A DNA stretch of 64,000 nucleotides from Sarea resinae (taxonomy: Eukaryota). The DNA is taken from positions 372,001-436,000 of the forward strand of contig JAPEUD010000013.1 of NCBI GenBank assembly GCA_026026165.1, read 5' to 3'. The notes beneath the pieces were generated by a model, which was not told the origin of the DNA, ran no database searches, and saw only the letters and a list, made by a program, of their open reading frames with translations. Below are positions 14,180-28,231 of the stretch, one piece after another. A program made the position numbers and the translations under genes. Positions within the stretch are counted from its first letter, which is position 1, and each line of letters begins with the position of its first letter.

Positions 14180-15370
14180 ATGTTTCGCTCTCTCTGTATC
14201 TGCCTTATTGGCCTATGCCTTGTGGCGTCCTTGGGGTAAGCCTCCTCTATTCCTCACCTACATACTTCTCGTCCATCCAGCCAATGAAAAGGGGAAAAGG
14301 GGAAAAGTAGAAATAGATTGGTGGACTAGTCACTAACAGGAGCCATCACATAGTTCTAATGGAGCCCTCGTCTCCGCACAGTTTGTCCCTGTAGTCCGGT
14401 GAGAACCCTCTTTTTTTTCCCATTTCCTCAAGAAATATATAGGTGGAGTCTTCCAGAAACGCTTTACTGACGAACTTCTCTCTACAGCGGCTTAGCGGCT
14501 GCCTCTACGACGAGTTCTTCGTCTACGCTCCCATATTACACGCTCACAATCACGTACACGGCAGAGGATAATTCTACTACGTCTACCACGTCTACGCCCG
14601 TTTCCACGTCTAGCCTCCCATTTTACACGCTCACGATAACGTATCCAGACAGAGAAGTTCTGCCAGCCTCTACCTCTTCTTCAAATATTTCACAGCCGGT
14701 GGCATCGTCAAATACGACAAGCAACACCACGTACTACGCATCCACGGGCTCGGCCTACACCTCTACTTCTATCTCGAGCTATGGCGCCGTGAACTCGTCT
14801 ACGTATCAAGCCACCGCTCCAACAAGCTTGAACACCACCACACCCATCTCTTCCACTTCGTCTTCCAACACCTCGTCCAACTCGACCCGTTTTCCCTATT
14901 CAGCCTTCACCATCACCCTCCCAACAGCGTACCCAACCTTTACGGCCGAGACGTCGAATGCCACGAAGACAAGCTTGACGTATCTGTCCGTCATGTCCAG
15001 CAGCTCCGTCTACTTGGTCCTCGGAGGGACAGGCGGGCCGCGCCTCCTGACGTCCGGCCTCTCGGCCCCCTACGCCAACTCTTCCACCACCACGTTCGCG
15101 GGCCCGTCCGCCCCGTCCGCGCCGTCCGCGTCCGCCATGCGTCCAACAGCGCACAACGCGAGCTCACCGTATCCGACCGTCTCCCGGCCTACTTCGGCCC
15201 TTGCGCCCCCTCCCTCTCCGTCGGTATCCAACGCTTACCCCTCGTACCAAACATGCGATCTCGCGGCCCCGGAAGTATTGACATTTACCGAGGAATGGGT
15301 GACGACGACGCTGCTGACCATCCTCACGAGCACCACGGGCGTCGTCACGCTCACGCCCTCTTGCTGGTGA
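14180..15370 (+). CDS. Secreted Ser/Thr-rich (mucin-like/cell-wall) protein; may extend to 15829 through an in-frame TGA
   Basis: Signal-peptide-like MFRSLCICLIGLCLVASLG followed by a gtaagc donor, a short second exon (gtgaga donor), then a long S/T-rich frame with a repeated LP(Y/F)YTLTITY motif. Confidence 0.65.
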
Positions 15371-15451
15371 CTAACCGACCGAGCCGCCGAGCTGGACCGA
15401 GTGCCGGCCCCCACCAACAGCAGCACGCATATCCCGTCTCGTGCCCCACGA

Positions 15452-16130
15452 CCTCCTCCTCCTCCTCCTCCTCTTTCTTCTTCTTCTTCTTCTTCTTCTT
15501 CTTCGAGGAGCATGACAAGGCCGACCGAAAGCACAGCCAAGCCGAGCGTCTCCCCCTCTCCTCCTCCTCGAACGACCCCGACCCCAACAACAACGACGAC
15601 CATCACAACCACTCTCAGCCCAACCCTGTGTCCCCAGCTCTTCAACAGCGCGAGCGCTTTCCACAACAGAGCCTGCGCCGTGCCCGATTGTATCGTGCTG
15701 TCCCGCCGCACGGCCACCTGCGGCACGGCGACGGTCATGCGAACCGTCACGCCTGCTTGTACGAGCGCGTGCGGAGGCGGGTGTCAGACGGCGTATGAGA
15801 CTGTGTCTGTTTGTGCGCTTGAGGGCTGAGGTCGCGGGGGTGGGGGTTGTGCGCTGCGTGGGTAGAAGCGGGCTGGAAAAGAGAAGAGAGGGGGGGGGGG
15901 GGGTAGGAGGGGCACTGGAGAGCGACAGGCGGGAAGCGTCCTCAAGCAGTTATGAGAAGGAAAGAAGCAAATGGCAGACAAAGAAAGAAAGAAGACGTCG
16001 AGGGGCGAGAGAGAGAGAGAGAGAGAGAGAAATAGATCAAATACCCGATTCCTGGATCCGACCAGATCGAATCGAATAGAATAGAAAGACCAAAAACCGA
16101 CAGAGCAAGACAGACCAGACAGACCGGACA
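15452..16130. repeat. Microsatellite-rich tract: (CCT)n, (TTC)n, poly-G, (GA)n, (CAGA)n-like
   Basis: Simple repeats seen directly at about 15452-15503, 15890-15903 and 16007-16029. Confidence 0.85.
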
Positions 16131-16977
16131 GAGAGAAAGGTGGTGGTGATGGAGAGAAACATGGCACTCACACAGCTCGTGGGATGGAGATGTGGTTTCT
16201 GGGGGATTTAGAGCATTTGTAGGATTTATATCCGTTATAGCAGTTATATCTTAGAACATCCCATCCCATTATGTCCCATCACATAATATCCCATCCCATC
16301 CCAAACAATCTCACATCACATCACACCACATCACGCCCGAGTTTCCTATTTTCGATCTGGGGATTTTTTTTTTGGACTCCTGTCTGGTACGCCTGGTAAG
16401 GAATGTTCACGGTATTGCAGATGAGATTTTCATCTTACGGCTGAGCTGGCTGGGAAAGAATGGGAGGGGGGGAAGAGAGACCTAAGGCGGATGACGGATG
16501 ACGGATGGCACTCGGGTGGTCAATTTGCGATTTTATTGGCTTGGGTTGGCTTGGGTTGGCTTGGATAGGATTGGATGGTATTGTGTACCCTCTGCCTTCT
16601 GTATGCCACGCTGTATCAAAGCTCGAATTCTCAATGGCTACACGCTTCAGTAGAAAGAGCAAAACAAGGACAAGATCATATCAACAAGCGGAAGGAAAAG
16701 ACCGATGCATCAAACGCACTCTGAACCCCAACTAAAAGCAGACGCCGTAAAATGACCAACTCATCTATCCCATCGAGGTCAAATATACAACGGAAGAAGA
16801 GACGAGAAACAGGATGAGAGAGAAAACACCGACGCCGGATCAGGAAACGGAATAGAGAGCTCCTCCCAATGGTATCATTTCAGCTCCATCCCTGGCTACC
16901 AACCCACTTCCCAGCAAAAACACACGCCGTATCGGTGGGAAACGTATAGACATGTAAGGAGAGGGCAAAAGAAATTA

Positions 16978-19367
16978 TCAATGCTGCATAGCATCGCCGA
17001 AAAACTCCTGTTGATGGCGCGGCGCTCCCGTCTGCGGGTGCTGAGTAGCTGCCCCGGCAAAGCCATCATGGTCCATAGGGTCCAGATCCATGAATTGCTC
17101 GATGTCTGCTTCAGCAACGCCACCATTGTCGGGCATCAGATGCTGTTGCGGCTGTTGCAATAGTTGTTGTTGGTGTTGGTGCTGCTGCTGCTGCCCCCTC
17201 GATACAGCCGTAGACGCCCGCCCCGAACTCGCGACGCCACTGCGCTGCCGCCCCTGATTGGTTGGACCCCCGGGCAGGCTCTCAGAGCCATTAGCAATCT
17301 GCACATTCGGCGGCACCGCCTCACCCAAAGCCTCACGTCTCGAGGCCTTCGCGGTCCCCAGCCTCCCGCCACTCTGCGTAGCGTCGCCCCTGGCATTCAT
17401 CCACAGGCCGGCGTCGTTGATCTCGCCCCGCGCAAGATCGCTTTCGAAGTCCTCCCTGCCGCGCAGGATCGGCAGCAGCAGGCTCGACTCATACCATCGC
17501 CCCTTGATCTCCGAGAGAGTGAGACGTGCGAGGGGCGAAATGAGTTTCCAGTAGGACATGGTGCGTTTTGTAGGAATAGTGGCGGCATTACGGTAGTTGA
17601 GGTCTTGGCGGACACGGAGCGGGAGGGCGGCATTGTCATCCGGAGGCGGGTTTTTGGGGTCGTGCGCTATGGTCGAGAAACCGTAGATGTCGCCTATGAC
17701 GAAGACATTAGTCGTAGGAGAGGTGTCGCCGTAATTTTGTCGTGTGTGCTCAATAATATCGTGTAAGATCATAATGTCCGAGCCGCTGCCGATACGGAGA
17801 CGTATGGCTTCGCCGACCCAAATCTTTTCGCCGCCATAGTAGACGCCGTTGTAGTAGGTTTGTGTTCCTCCGGTTACGGTGGATTTCGACGGGGTGGTAA
17901 TCGGCTCGACAAGGGTGTAGCTTTCATCGATGGACTTGGCCGCGAAGATGCTGCCGTCTACCTCGGCGTCTCCTCGACCATATTGGCCTTGAAGGACGGC
18001 GCCCCAGTCGATCGATTTGTATGTGAGGCCGGGGTTGGTGAGTGGCTGGTGCGTGGGGCTAGGAGGGCTCCATGCGAGCCAAGGTCGGATGAGCTCTTCT
18101 TGAGAGATGACTTTCATGGGTGGGTGTGCAAAGGGGTGGGATAGAGGTTGTACGAGGTAGCGGGGTTTTTCCTGTTGGTTGGGGTCACGGAAAATGTCGC
18201 GTTCTACGATGACAGCCAAGCCCCAGGCATTCGATCGACTAAACCACACTACCTCTCCAAGTCTGTAGAGGAAGCGATTGTATTGCGCGTCGAGGTCCTG
18301 CTCGTAGCTCCGAATGGGAGCTAGAGGGGTCGGCGTTCGTGGAGGCGGCACCCGAGATGCTTGTGTAGCAGGCGAAGCGGTTGACGTCGGAGTCGAGATA
18401 TGTGAAGCGGTAGGCAGCGGAGCAGGTGAAGCTGTAGCCTTGGCAGAAGACGCAGCGGCAGGCACAGAGGCCGAAGCTGTAGCGGAAGCAGGGGCACGAG
18501 CAGGAGCGCGAGCAGGAGCGCGAGCCTTTGGCGTAGGAGCCGAAGCACGAGCAGGGGCAGTAAGAGGCGCAGTTGCAGGAGTGGGTACAGGAGCAGAACG
18601 GATAGCAGGCGAAGCCTTGGCTGATGGCTTTTGCTCGTCTCGAGACTCAGAGCGCTTTGGTACAACGACGGCAATATCCTTCGACTTGATGGACGTCTCT
18701 GCCTTCGTAGGTGCTTTCTTCGTCACAGCATCCGGCTTCGGCGACTCGGGCGCAGCCTCAACCTTTGGCTCTTCCAATTGAATATCCTCCGGCGCGCATA
18801 TCTTGCACGTGCAATTATTATGGTCTCCTTTTTCATCCGTCATGAGCCAGAGAAGATGAGGGAAGAAGTCGGCAGGACTTCGATATCGCTTCTTTCTCCC
18901 CAGTGGATGACCGTATAGGTAGGCATCCTGCCGCTCATTTGGGCCTTTGGCATGGTTACGAGACGACTTCTGCAGTTGGCCCGTGGATTCGAGCGTCGTG
19001 TACTTGAGATGCTCATACAACCGGTAGTTTTGCGGTAACGCCGCTAGAATGTAATTCTTCCCTACATGCGCCGAGAAGTTAGAATACAGTGCGCTCCAGT
19101 CCGGTGCGGCCAAGAATGTTCACCTTGCGCCTTTTGCTCTTTGGTGCCTATTTCCCGAGCCAGCATGCCGCCCAGTTTCCTCCGCCAGTCAAGTTCCTTC
19201 GCATCCCCTTCTTCGAGCTTCTTGTAGAAGTCGCTGACTCCCTTTGCGTTGGGCTTCTGATCGAGCTGGTCTGGGAGGGGCTCGTTCGGTTCCTTGCGCT
19301 TCCCCTTGGCGCCAATCTCCAGTTTCCCATCGGAACGACCGACGTAGATGGGGAAAAAGGGCGCCAT
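16978..19367 (-). CDS. clr2: Cryptic loci regulator 2 (Clr2) family transcription-silencing protein; 2 exons
   Basis: MAPFFPIYVGRSDG...DWRRKLGGML...|YILAALPQNYRLYEH...DAYLYGHPLGRKKRYRSPADFFPHLLWL..CTCKIC (Clr2 N-domain); C-domain YRLGEVVWF..YYNGVYYGGEKIWVGEAIRL..IKGRWYE. Confidence 0.85.
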
Positions 19368-20361
19368 CTCATTGGCTCGCACGACAAGGACCTCCCTCGA
19401 GTAAGATGGGCCCGATATCGGATGAAGACGACTATCGAATGGCAATGGACAGTGAAGACGAAGACCGTGTGGATGGTGTATGGCGACAAAGCAATCGAGA
19501 GTGATGATCGAAGGGAGATGCAGGTGAAGATGAAGGTCCAAGGTGAAGGTGCAGGTGTGGTGATGGAGTGGGTGGAGTACCTCAGGTAGGAACAGAAGTA
19601 CATTGGCAGGTGAGGGCGGTGTATGCTGGCAGAAAGAGAGCTGCGAGCTGGGGGCTCGGGGCTGGGGTAGTTTTGATACCTGCGAACTTCGCCTCCCGCC
19701 ACGAAAGGGCATCTAGGGCGAGACGGTACTTGCCGCCGGTACGGGGACGAGGTACCTCCTCCACTCGTACCGGTCGACACCAATTCACGCGCGTGACGCA
19801 GCACGCGAACGCGAAAAAGGAGCTCGCGGATGCTCTTCAGGTCCACGGTACTACGCAATGGAGGTATCTCGGCTTCCAGCGTTGTTGTTGTCATCGCCAT
19901 ACAGAATCACTGGCATTGTTGACGGTCATCTCTTGACACAGAGAGCAAAGGGAGGAAGAAGACTCTTGTAGAGAGGCTATGATGGCTTAGGGTTAAGAAT
20001 AAAGAATCCTAGATGTCGCTCCTCCTTTGTTGTCGTCCTCATTCATCATTATCATCGTCATCTGGATCCCATGTCTCCCTAAGGTATCTAATCTGGTTTG
20101 CCAGGGGTCTTTCTTTTTTGACATCCTGCATTCAATGCCCTACTCCTTCTTGACAATCTCGCCCTGATCAAACGCCCACGAAACTCCTCCCCACCTGACA
20201 CATGATACGGAGCGTCTCGTGCAAACAGCGCTCATCCCAATCACCAACAACACGACGACTTGGCGACGACTTGAAGCCGATTCTGGTGACATCCATCTAC
20301 ATCAACGAAAACCACTCCGCAGTCGTGTCAATGCCCAGCAGCAGCCGGTGCATCTGAAGTC

Positions 20362-23300
20362 ATGGGTGACCAAACTAGCACTCGCGGTCTTCGTCAAAAG
20401 CAACAAGTTTCCTATGCAATCTCAGACGACTCAGAGAGTGAAGCAGCCTCGACGGCGCCATCTGCATTTTCCACGCCTCGTTCCGTACGCATAGGCCGTC
20501 GTCTGGACTCTGAAGACGGCGACGATGACGACGATGATGACCTCTCGACACCCGATGTTCAGCGTACGCGCACTTCCTCAGGCGGACATTCGCTACGTCA
20601 GCGCTCTTCATTGCCACTCTCCTTGATATCTTTCGAGAAACCACGTTCTCGTGGAAAGAAGCGCAAGGCGCCGGGGAAGTCAGGTGGAAGGAAGTCAAAG
20701 GTGATCCTCGTCTCCGACACTCAGGCCACGGGCGACACCATCACCGTAGGCAAGGCAGGCCGAACACGGCCACTTACTGCTCGCGCCGAGGTCCAAAGCA
20801 ACATCGCCGCAGAGACTACCGCTCGGAGAAAGCGATTTCTGTTGGCCAAAAAGGATCTTTTCCTCCCACTTCTACCTGAAAGAAACAACTTACAGAAGCT
20901 CATCGACGGCCAGACCGGTGAAGAGGATGGCGAGGCGCTACGAGAGTACGAGGAGCTTGTGACACAGCCGAAGGGGTAAGTTCCTTCAAATGCTAGTCAA
21001 GCTAGAGCAATCTCTGATGCGTTGACGATAATAGAGTGACTGCCATCATGAAACCATACCAGCTTTCGGGACTCTCATTTCTCGTATATCTACAGCGCAA
21101 TGGAGTTTCTGGCATCCTGGGTGACGAGATGGGCTTGGGCAAGACGCTGCAAACGCTTGCCCTGTTCCAGTATCTCAAAGAGCATGAAGCACCTTCAGCC
21201 AAGGGCGAAGTCCGGCCATTCCTGGTTGTTTGCCCTCTTAGTGTTCTGAGCTCATGGATGGCCGAAGCAAAGAAGTGGACGCCTGATCTCAACGTTCTCC
21301 GCTTTCATGGTCCACCCTCGGAGCGTGATAGGCTGAAGAAGGTTGCGGAAGGGAAGATTGACGCATATGGCAATGAGACTGTCCGGTCCAGGCGAAAAGC
21401 AAATGAGCGTCGTACCGCGAAAGGAAAGACCATCATCGACCTTGATAGTGACGAGGAAGAGCGGGCAGAAGAACGGCCGGTAGATCTCGTGGTCACCACT
21501 TACGAGACATATGCAAGTGAAAAGACATGGTTTAATAGAGCATTCGTTTGGAAGTATGTGGTCCTGGACGAAGGACATAAGATCAAGAACGACATTAGTC
21601 AGATTTCGACCATGCTACAACACACAAACGCCGAATTCCGTCTCATATTGACAGGGTAAGACACGAGAAGCTATGATTTTCCAGATTTGCCGCTGACAGT
21701 CTGCAGAACACCGCTCCAGAATAATCTCAAGGAGCTATGGGCTCTTCTGCACTGGCTCTATCCCGACATCTTCACCGATCAATCCGCGGAGCTCTTCAAA
21801 AACTCCTTTGACTTGACGAAAGGGAATGTCAGCACGGAGGTCATGGACGATTCTCGCCGTCTGCTGGAACTCATCATGCTGCGCCGCATGAAGGAGAGTG
21901 CCGGTGTCAATCTGGGCCTTCCCCCGAAGACCGATGTGCTGCTCTATGTTCCTCTTACACCCATGCAGCGATTCTGGTACACTCGTCTACTTACACGTAC
22001 AGATCAGGGCTTGCTCGAGGAAATATTCAGAGACACAAAGGGCAAGGTTACAAAGACTGAGTTGGATGACATGCTCCTCAAGGTAGAGAACGTCAAAGCA
22101 GAGGCAGGGCATATGCTATCCAAGATACAAGCAAAGGACGAAAGTGTCAAAGCAGAACTTGATGTGTTCAGTGACGAATCAAAAGCCAACAAAGAAGCTC
22201 TAGATGAGGTCCTTGGGAGCGAATTTCAGGGCTGGGAAGAAAGCAAAGAAATCATGCGACAAGGACTAGAGCATGAGAAACAGGATGTCACGAAATCGTC
22301 AGGCTGGCAAAAGCTTATGAATCTGATCATGCAGTTGAGAAAGGTAAAATCCCTCCGGCAAGCGCTTTCATTGGTCTAATATCAAGTGCAGTGCTGCAAC
22401 CATCCTTATCAGTTGCCTCACGCAGAGCCAGACCCGTATTATCTTGGCGATCATATCATTCGGGCATCAGGAAAGTTCATTGTGCTAGACAAGTTAATTG
22501 AAGAGCTTGTAGTAAAGCAAGGAAAGAAGGTTCTGATTTTCTCCGGCTTCACTCGTATGCTCGACTGTTGCGAAGATTTCTTGGCGCTCAAAGGTGGAGA
22601 CGGTGAGAAGTTTAGATACTCTCGGCTTGATGGAGGAACTGCTAGAGCCAGGAGGAATCTCGCCATCCGCATGTTTAATCAGAAAGAGTCTAGTTTGTTC
22701 TCCCCCATTGGACCTCGTTGCTTCATCCTAACGATTACAGATATGAAAGTCATGCTGATCTCTACGAGAGCCGGCGGTCTTGGTATCAACCTAGCGACAG
22801 CCTCAGATCTGATCATGTTAGACCAGTGAGTTATAAAAGATTCCTCAGAATCGCTGGCCCTAATGTATGTAGGGACTGGAATCCACAAGTGATGCTTCAA
22901 GCGGAAGCGCGGTCCCACCGAATTGGCCAAAAAAATCCCGTCACTGTCTATAAGCTATGCACTCAGGGTACCGTAGAGGAACAGATGATGGGACGAATTC
23001 AGAAGAAGCTGTATCTATCCGCAAAGGTGGGCATATCAGGAAAATACGAAAATCCACGCTCACTGTCTTCTAGGTCACCGAGTCGATGCGCGACATTCAC
23101 ACTAGCCAGGCCACACGCTCCAAGAAGGCCAGGGGTCCAGCTGCAAGCACTGACGACATGCCAGCGATGAGTAGCGGCCAGCTGATGTCCCTTGTACGTC
23201 GAGGAGCGCAGACACTCTCACGACCCGAAATCGACGTCAACGAGATGCTGGGCTGGGATTGGGAAACCATGCTCGAAAAATGCAAGGACAAGCCTGCTGA

Positions 23301-24380
23301 CGTCCAATTAACCGCAGAGGCTCAGGAGGTTTCTCAGCAGGACGAGCAGAAATGGCTATCTGAGATGGAGCGCGTAGAGACGAGAGTCCTGGACGGTAAG
23401 AAATATCAAAAGGGGCAACGAACCGGCAACGTGGATATCCAACAAGAGTGGGACAAAGAAGAACGTCGCAAGGGCAAGAACACAACTGTCATGGTGGATG
23501 GGTTTGCGATCAATAAGGAGAGCATGCTTTGTGGCGCATGGGAAGCTGTGCCTACTATGGCTGGAAAGGATCCTCGATTGGCAGAGCCCAAACGCGAAAA
23601 GAAGGCTGCCATCAAGAATCAGGAGGTGAGTTCATTCTTCCTGCGCATTGATGATTATAATACTTACAAGTCCAGCACTGTCAAATCTGCTGGGATGGAG
23701 GCGAGATAACCTGCTGCTCCGGCTGTCCCAGATCTTACCACTTGGGATGTCTGGACAAAGAGACCAAGGTTCGCGCGCGAGGCAAAATGAGCTTCTACTG
23801 TCCCCAGCACCAATGTCACGACTGTTCACAGAAGACGACCTCGGCAGGCGGCTTGATCTTCCGCTGTCGATGGTGCGAGCGCGGTTACTGCGAGGATTGC
23901 CTCGACTGGGACAACACAGAGCTTATTGGCGACAATACTCCCGAGTACGAGCTGTTGGATTTCCCGGAGATGAGCCAGGCATTCTACATCGTCTGTCCTG
24001 GATGCAAGGGAGCGCAGTCTGAAGACGAATCGACGCGCGAGTTTTTCGAGAGCCGCAGCCGCGAATTCGAGGAAGCGCTGAAAGTCCAGAGGGCCGTGGA
24101 GGCGATCGACAACGACGACGACGACGACGACGACCGGACCGGGACTGGAGTGACTACGACGGCAGGGCCGAGCCGGGCTGGTTCCATGACCGACACCACC
24201 ACCATCGAGGGCTCCGAGCTGCAAACTCCCCAGTCCGGCCTCGATGACAACCACGCCTCTGCCCCTGGCGGTCGCTCTTGTTCTTCTGCCTCTTCCGCCC
24301 GGCACAACACGGCCAGCAACAAACGCCGTAAGGCCAATGCGCCTCCTACGACCATGAGGACGCCGATGGTGATCCATTAG
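20362..24380 (+). CDS. SNF2-family (ISWI-like) chromatin-remodelling ATPase with C-terminal Cys/His-rich PHD-like fingers; about 8 exons
   Basis: [91 protein letters not shown]-terminal [46 protein letters not shown]. Confidence 0.9.
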
Positions 24381-25202
24381 TCATTGTATGTACGCTCCAC
24401 CGAGACATGTTCATCGAATCCGTGTCCTTTGAAAGCGGAACGCAGGGTGGCAGCCCAGATCCCGTGTGATACCGTGGAGCGTACGGCACGTAAACAAGAG
24501 ACTCGGGGGCTTTCGCCTCTGCTATTTGGACAAGAGAGGCGTTTGTGGGTATGGTTGGGCAGGACTGGCCATAGTGTGTGTGTGTGTGCGCGCGTGTGCT
24601 CTCTGGGTGTTTGGTTTCGGTCTTTCCATGAGAGATATTCAGTCTATCCGTGATGTATTTTCGGTTTCGTCGATGGGCTGGATGGCTGGATGGCTGGATG
24701 GCTGGATAGCTGGTCGGTTGGGAGAGAATTGGGCGGGTATCCTGGGTAGCCTCTCCTTCTGAATATCTTGTCGCGCTCGCAGCATAGGGATAGGATAGTG
24801 GCACATTGTCCGCCATCATGAATGTAATAGCAGGTAGAGAAAAAGCCAACCCCGAAAGCGAGAAAGAGCGATAAGAATCTATTTCGGTATATGATTGCAT
24901 GATCTCCAATGGACTGGTAAGACCTGAGGGAAGTGCTATAGGGATCTTGGTCCCCGGAACATTTGCGACAGCTCAAGTGTCCAGCTAGAGAAAAAGGAAA
25001 TGATAGTTTCACATGCAAAGACGAATTTTGGGATACTGTGAGGAAACAATAACATCGATGTGTCTAGAGAGCTCTAAGCCATCCCTACATGTACAGAATT
25101 TATACCTCTCGATCACATCCAGGCATTTTACTCGAATCCTTTCCTTTTTTTTCCCCTCATCTCTTCAAATATCTCCTCGTCGATTTACCCCACCACCACC
25201 AC

Positions 25203-27047
25203 TTATATCTCATTCACCCGTCCCAGCAACCACTCGAGATGCCTGTACGTAACCCGCGGCTGGAACTCGGGCTGCATGTGTCCGCTGAGGTAGGTCTCGG
25301 CCCACATCAGGCCGCGCTCAAAGTGCTGAATGCCCATGATGCCCTGGGGCCCATCGAGGCCATTGAGCTGGTTTTCGGGCGCATCGAAGACGCTCTCGTA
25401 CTGCAGATCGGGGAGCTGAATGTTGATCGGTTTCACGGGCTGGGATTTGAAGCCGGTGCCGTTGTTCCAGGTCATGTTCTGGATGGACAAGAGGGTGCCG
25501 TTGGTGAGGATGATCATGTCGAGGTCGCCGTTGCCGACGAGGACGCGGTTGGTGGCTTCGATGACCTGCGGGAGGACGGCCTCAATGGGCGGGGCCGACG
25601 TGTCGCCATCTGCACCGACGAAGACGGGCCCACCACAGATGACCCAGTCGACGTCTGAGGGCGCATGGATGGCTGCTTTGACGTCCGACCGATTGAAGTA
25701 CGTGGTCGCGCCCGCGGGAGTATAGGTAAGCTCGGTGGGGAAGGAGAGGACGTCCCAGAGGAGCGGGCACATCTGCTCGATGGCGTAGATGTTGAAGCAA
25801 GGGTTATTAGAGAAGGCGACATCGTTGACGAGGTCGAAGACGTCGCAGCTCTGGTTGCCATTTGCTGCGAAATTTACCGGATCCGGTTGCACGCCGGACG
25901 CGGGGAAGGTGAAGTATTTGTTGCGGTAGTCGGCGTAGCCACAAGATTCGTCGAGGGCTTGGAGCTCGGAGATGAAGGAGTCATTGAACTTGAAGAGATT
26001 GTTGTTTTCCACCACGAAGGGGACGGTGGGAAGCGTCTCTTGCGCGTAGTCGGTGCCAATCACGGGGTCGTAGACCAAGGCGCCTAGACGTGAAGAGATG
26101 AGTTGGAAGAACCGTACGCCGATTAGGAGACAGGAATGACACACCCTTGAGGTCAAAGTATTTCGTGTTGTTCTGGTCTAGCATGGCGGCCGAGATATAC
26201 GGAACGTACATGCCCGCATAACTCTCGCCCGACACATATATCTTGAAGTTGGAGATTCCAAAGGTCTCTTGGAAATTTTTGAAGAATTTCACAAAGTCTT
26301 GGGCAATTTCCTCTTCGGTCGAGGCCGTGACTTCCCCGATGGAAAAGCCTGTGCCGACAGGTTGCTCGACCCTGATGATGATTTCAGAACAGGAGCTCGG
26401 GGATGATTGCGAGGTTCAGGGAACTATGGAAACGCACCAGAGCATATTGGTCAAATTGACCCACGAGTATGGATTTTCGACGGGTGCGAACGTCCCCGGT
26501 TGCCAGGTCCATCTGCCGTTCTCCTGGAAGAAACCCTCGAGAGAGCTGCATCCGGGTCCACCTAATATCTTCATTAGATTTTTGTCTATGCAATCGGAAT
26601 CATCTTTCAATACCATTGAGCCAGATCGTTATCTCATCAACGGGTTCCCCGATAGTTGGCTGGAAGGCGAAGAACAGAGCTCTCGAGGCATTGCTCTTGT
26701 CGATCGGGACCAGACCAGAATACAATTCGCCCAGATCAAAGTTCACATCGGGCAGGGAGTCGACAAAGTACTCTGTAGGCCAGCTATCAGTCCCATAGAT
26801 GAAAAAGTTCAATCGCGTTCGAGCAGTAGGGCTAGTATTTACTGGACGTGTTGTTGTTGTAGAATCGCAAGGTGCTATTCGACGAGCGCGGCGCAACGCG
26901 TCTGTGCTGATAGTCCCGCACCATTTCTTCGGCCTGGTGAGGTCCTCTCCGGGCGAATTTGGCGAATTTCTTATCTGCGCCGGCAGAGACGCCATCGAGG
27001 AGCAAGCTCCCGACGGCAAACAACGCGCAGGCGAATCTGAGCAACAT
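25203..27047 (-). CDS. Secreted serine carboxypeptidase, family S10 (CpdS/PepF-like)
   Basis: Signal peptide [40 protein letters not shown] (catalytic Ser); NGDLDMI (Asp); LSGHMQP (His). Confidence 0.93.
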
Positions 27048-28149
27048 GGTTACGGATCGCTGCAACCCCTCGAAAGAAGCGATGAGAACGCAATGAGAAA
27101 GAATGCAGAAGATGCTGCCGATCCTCTGAATGCAGTGAAGACAGGGAGAGAGAAAGAACAGTCGCAGCAGCTATGAGGCCATTTATGACAGCAGCCGGCA
27201 AGGCGCAGGCAAGCTGGGCTGCAAGGCGCAGGCCGGCAGACCCTGGGCTCGTTTGGTCTTCGGCCGAACGATAGGCAGATTGCGGCCCATGTGCAGCTCC
27301 CCCCGTGGATGCAATTTCGACATCCCTCGATGAGTCTAGTGCCGATCTCTTGCCCTCTTGGTCTGTTCAACGCAGTACATCCGTAGTAGTCAGTAATAAT
27401 AAGCTCCGGTAAGCTTCGTCTTCCACGCAGCGGATCCGTCCCGTACCTTGATCGACTCCGCAGAAAGAAGTAGTGAGTACGGAATAGTGAGTAGGTACGA
27501 GCACGCTGTAGGGAAGGGTGTGGGACCGATCACAACAACAACACGAAGGGGTGAGGAGAGAAGAGGATTGAGTCAAGCACTCGAGTAGTCTGGGGTCATT
27601 GACTTCAACGAGAGAAGAATCAACAATCATCTCCCATCATCCTCGTGATCCTCGTGATCCTCGTGGTCCTCGTGGTCCTCGTGATTTTCATGAGCAGGGA
27701 GGGACACTGACGGACCCTGCCATGGTCCTGCCATGGTCCTGCCATGGTCCTGCCATTGAGTGGATGGTCCTGCACTTTCGGGCCGGTCGGGTCCATGATG
27801 AGGTAGAGATGATAAGATGAAGAGCTGGAGACGTAGGTAGATACCTCAGCTACCTCCCGGGCTCCCTACCTACCTACCTGAGTAAGGTACGGCCTAGATA
27901 CGACGATCCTTCGATCCCTCGATCCCTCGATCCCTTGATCCCTTGCTTGACTTCTCCCTTAGGAAGGAGATAGGTCGAGTGCTAGAGTACCTCAGTACGG
28001 AGTAAGTACTACTACTTCAGTAGAGTATGAGTATGAGTACTCCGTGGTTTTGAGTAGCACCCCATGGTACTCTGTAGGGTGTCTCCGTCTAGATCACCTA
28101 CGGAGCGCAGGTATGGAGTACGTGAGAAGACGCAGGGAACCCGAGCCAG

Positions 28150-28231
28150 GAACGGGGACAGGGACGGGAACAGGGACAGGAACCGGGCTACGGACAGGAA
28201 CAGGAACAGAAAAAGGAACAGGAACAAGGAC
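28150..28231. repeat. Degenerate hexamer tandem repeat (GGAACA/GGGACA)n
   Basis: gaacggggacagggacgggaacagggacaggaacc...ggaacaggaacagaaaaaggaacaggaacaagga. Confidence 0.75.

Noticed and set aside
15368..15370. In-frame TGA as selenocysteine
   Set aside because: Ascomycota are not known to have the Sec machinery, and the context is not a redox motif.
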